From NCBI RefSeq assembly GCF_000341895.1, contig NC_020409.1:150001-182000 (forward strand): a DNA stretch of 32,000 bases, written 5' to 3'. Position 1 is the first letter of the stretch. Each line of letters begins with the position of its first letter. The DNA is from Pseudodesulfovibrio piezophilus C1TLV30. Its GTDB lineage: Bacteria; Desulfobacterota; Desulfovibrionia; Desulfovibrionales; Desulfovibrionaceae. The position numbers were made by a program, and so were the translations under genes. Below are positions 31,935 to 32,000 of the stretch, piece after piece. The notes under the pieces are model-generated. The model saw nothing but the letters and a program-made list of their open reading frames with translations. It was not told where the DNA came from and did not search any database.

Positions 31935-32000
31935 TTAAGGTTGAATGTCGCCGTTGGGCAATTTTCGCATGAACAGCAAACGCCATATCATTTCTTTGGT
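31935..32000 (-). CDS. flhF: 3' end of an upstream gene, by synteny probably flhF (partial)
   Basis: The frame is open from the window edge to TAA at 31935-31937 (..TKEMIWRLLFMRKLPNGDIQP*). Only 21 codons are visible, so the call rests on the flhF-flhG-fliA order. Confidence 0.3.
   Translation of the reverse strand, partial: TKEMIWRLLFMRKLPNGDIQP

Noticed and set aside
1-32000. CRISPR arrays, rRNA genes, tandem repeats and defence or toxin-antitoxin cassettes
   Set aside because: I found no regularly spaced direct repeats, no rRNA-like sequence, and no ORFs with nuclease, RT, helicase-defence or TA signatures on either strand.

Overview
This is a densely coding 32-kb chromosomal segment. 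Its gene content (dsrC, a membrane-anchored decahaem cytochrome c co-oriented with rnfCDGEAB, and flhF-flhG-fliA-cheY-fliL) suggests a Desulfovibrio-type sulfate reducer; that is an inference from gene content only. Layout: (i) 1-4337 is a decayed accessory island lying against the 3' end of tRNA-Val(CAC). It holds an ankyrin-repeat gene and a secreted-protein gene, then a CobS/MoxR-like AAA+ ATPase gene killed by an in-frame TAA. That gene is truncated by a ~1.28-kb IS3-family element that itself carries at least three lesions, and gene fragments follow. (ii) 4487-11485 (-) is dhcA-rnfCDGEAB. RnfB is an unusual 701 aa and carries a complete GltD/NfnB-like NAD(P)H flavoprotein module, while RnfC lacks its NADH/FMN motifs. 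(iii) 11629-18302 holds an alkaline phosphatase, a YibE/F-like membrane protein, a YcgR-like PilZ protein, and a minus-strand operon: SHOCT, HD, fatty-acid-hydroxylase-family and a thioredoxin-reductase-like flavoprotein without NADPH motifs. (iv) 18486-22137 (+) is a tight four-gene operon: stand-alone receiver, Tim44-like membrane protein, family-16-like protein methyltransferase and TPR-fused YcaO. It sits immediately upstream of dsrC, rpmE, DUF1385-prfA-prmC and lpxC. (v) 27542-32000 (-) is a flagellar/chemotaxis block with three unassigned ORFs. I saw no rRNA, CRISPR array, or recognisable defence or toxin-antitoxin genes. The best candidates for something undescribed are the rewired Rnf complex and the receiver-Tim44-methyltransferase-YcaO operon. 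Both are hypotheses from reading motifs by eye; no database search was possible.
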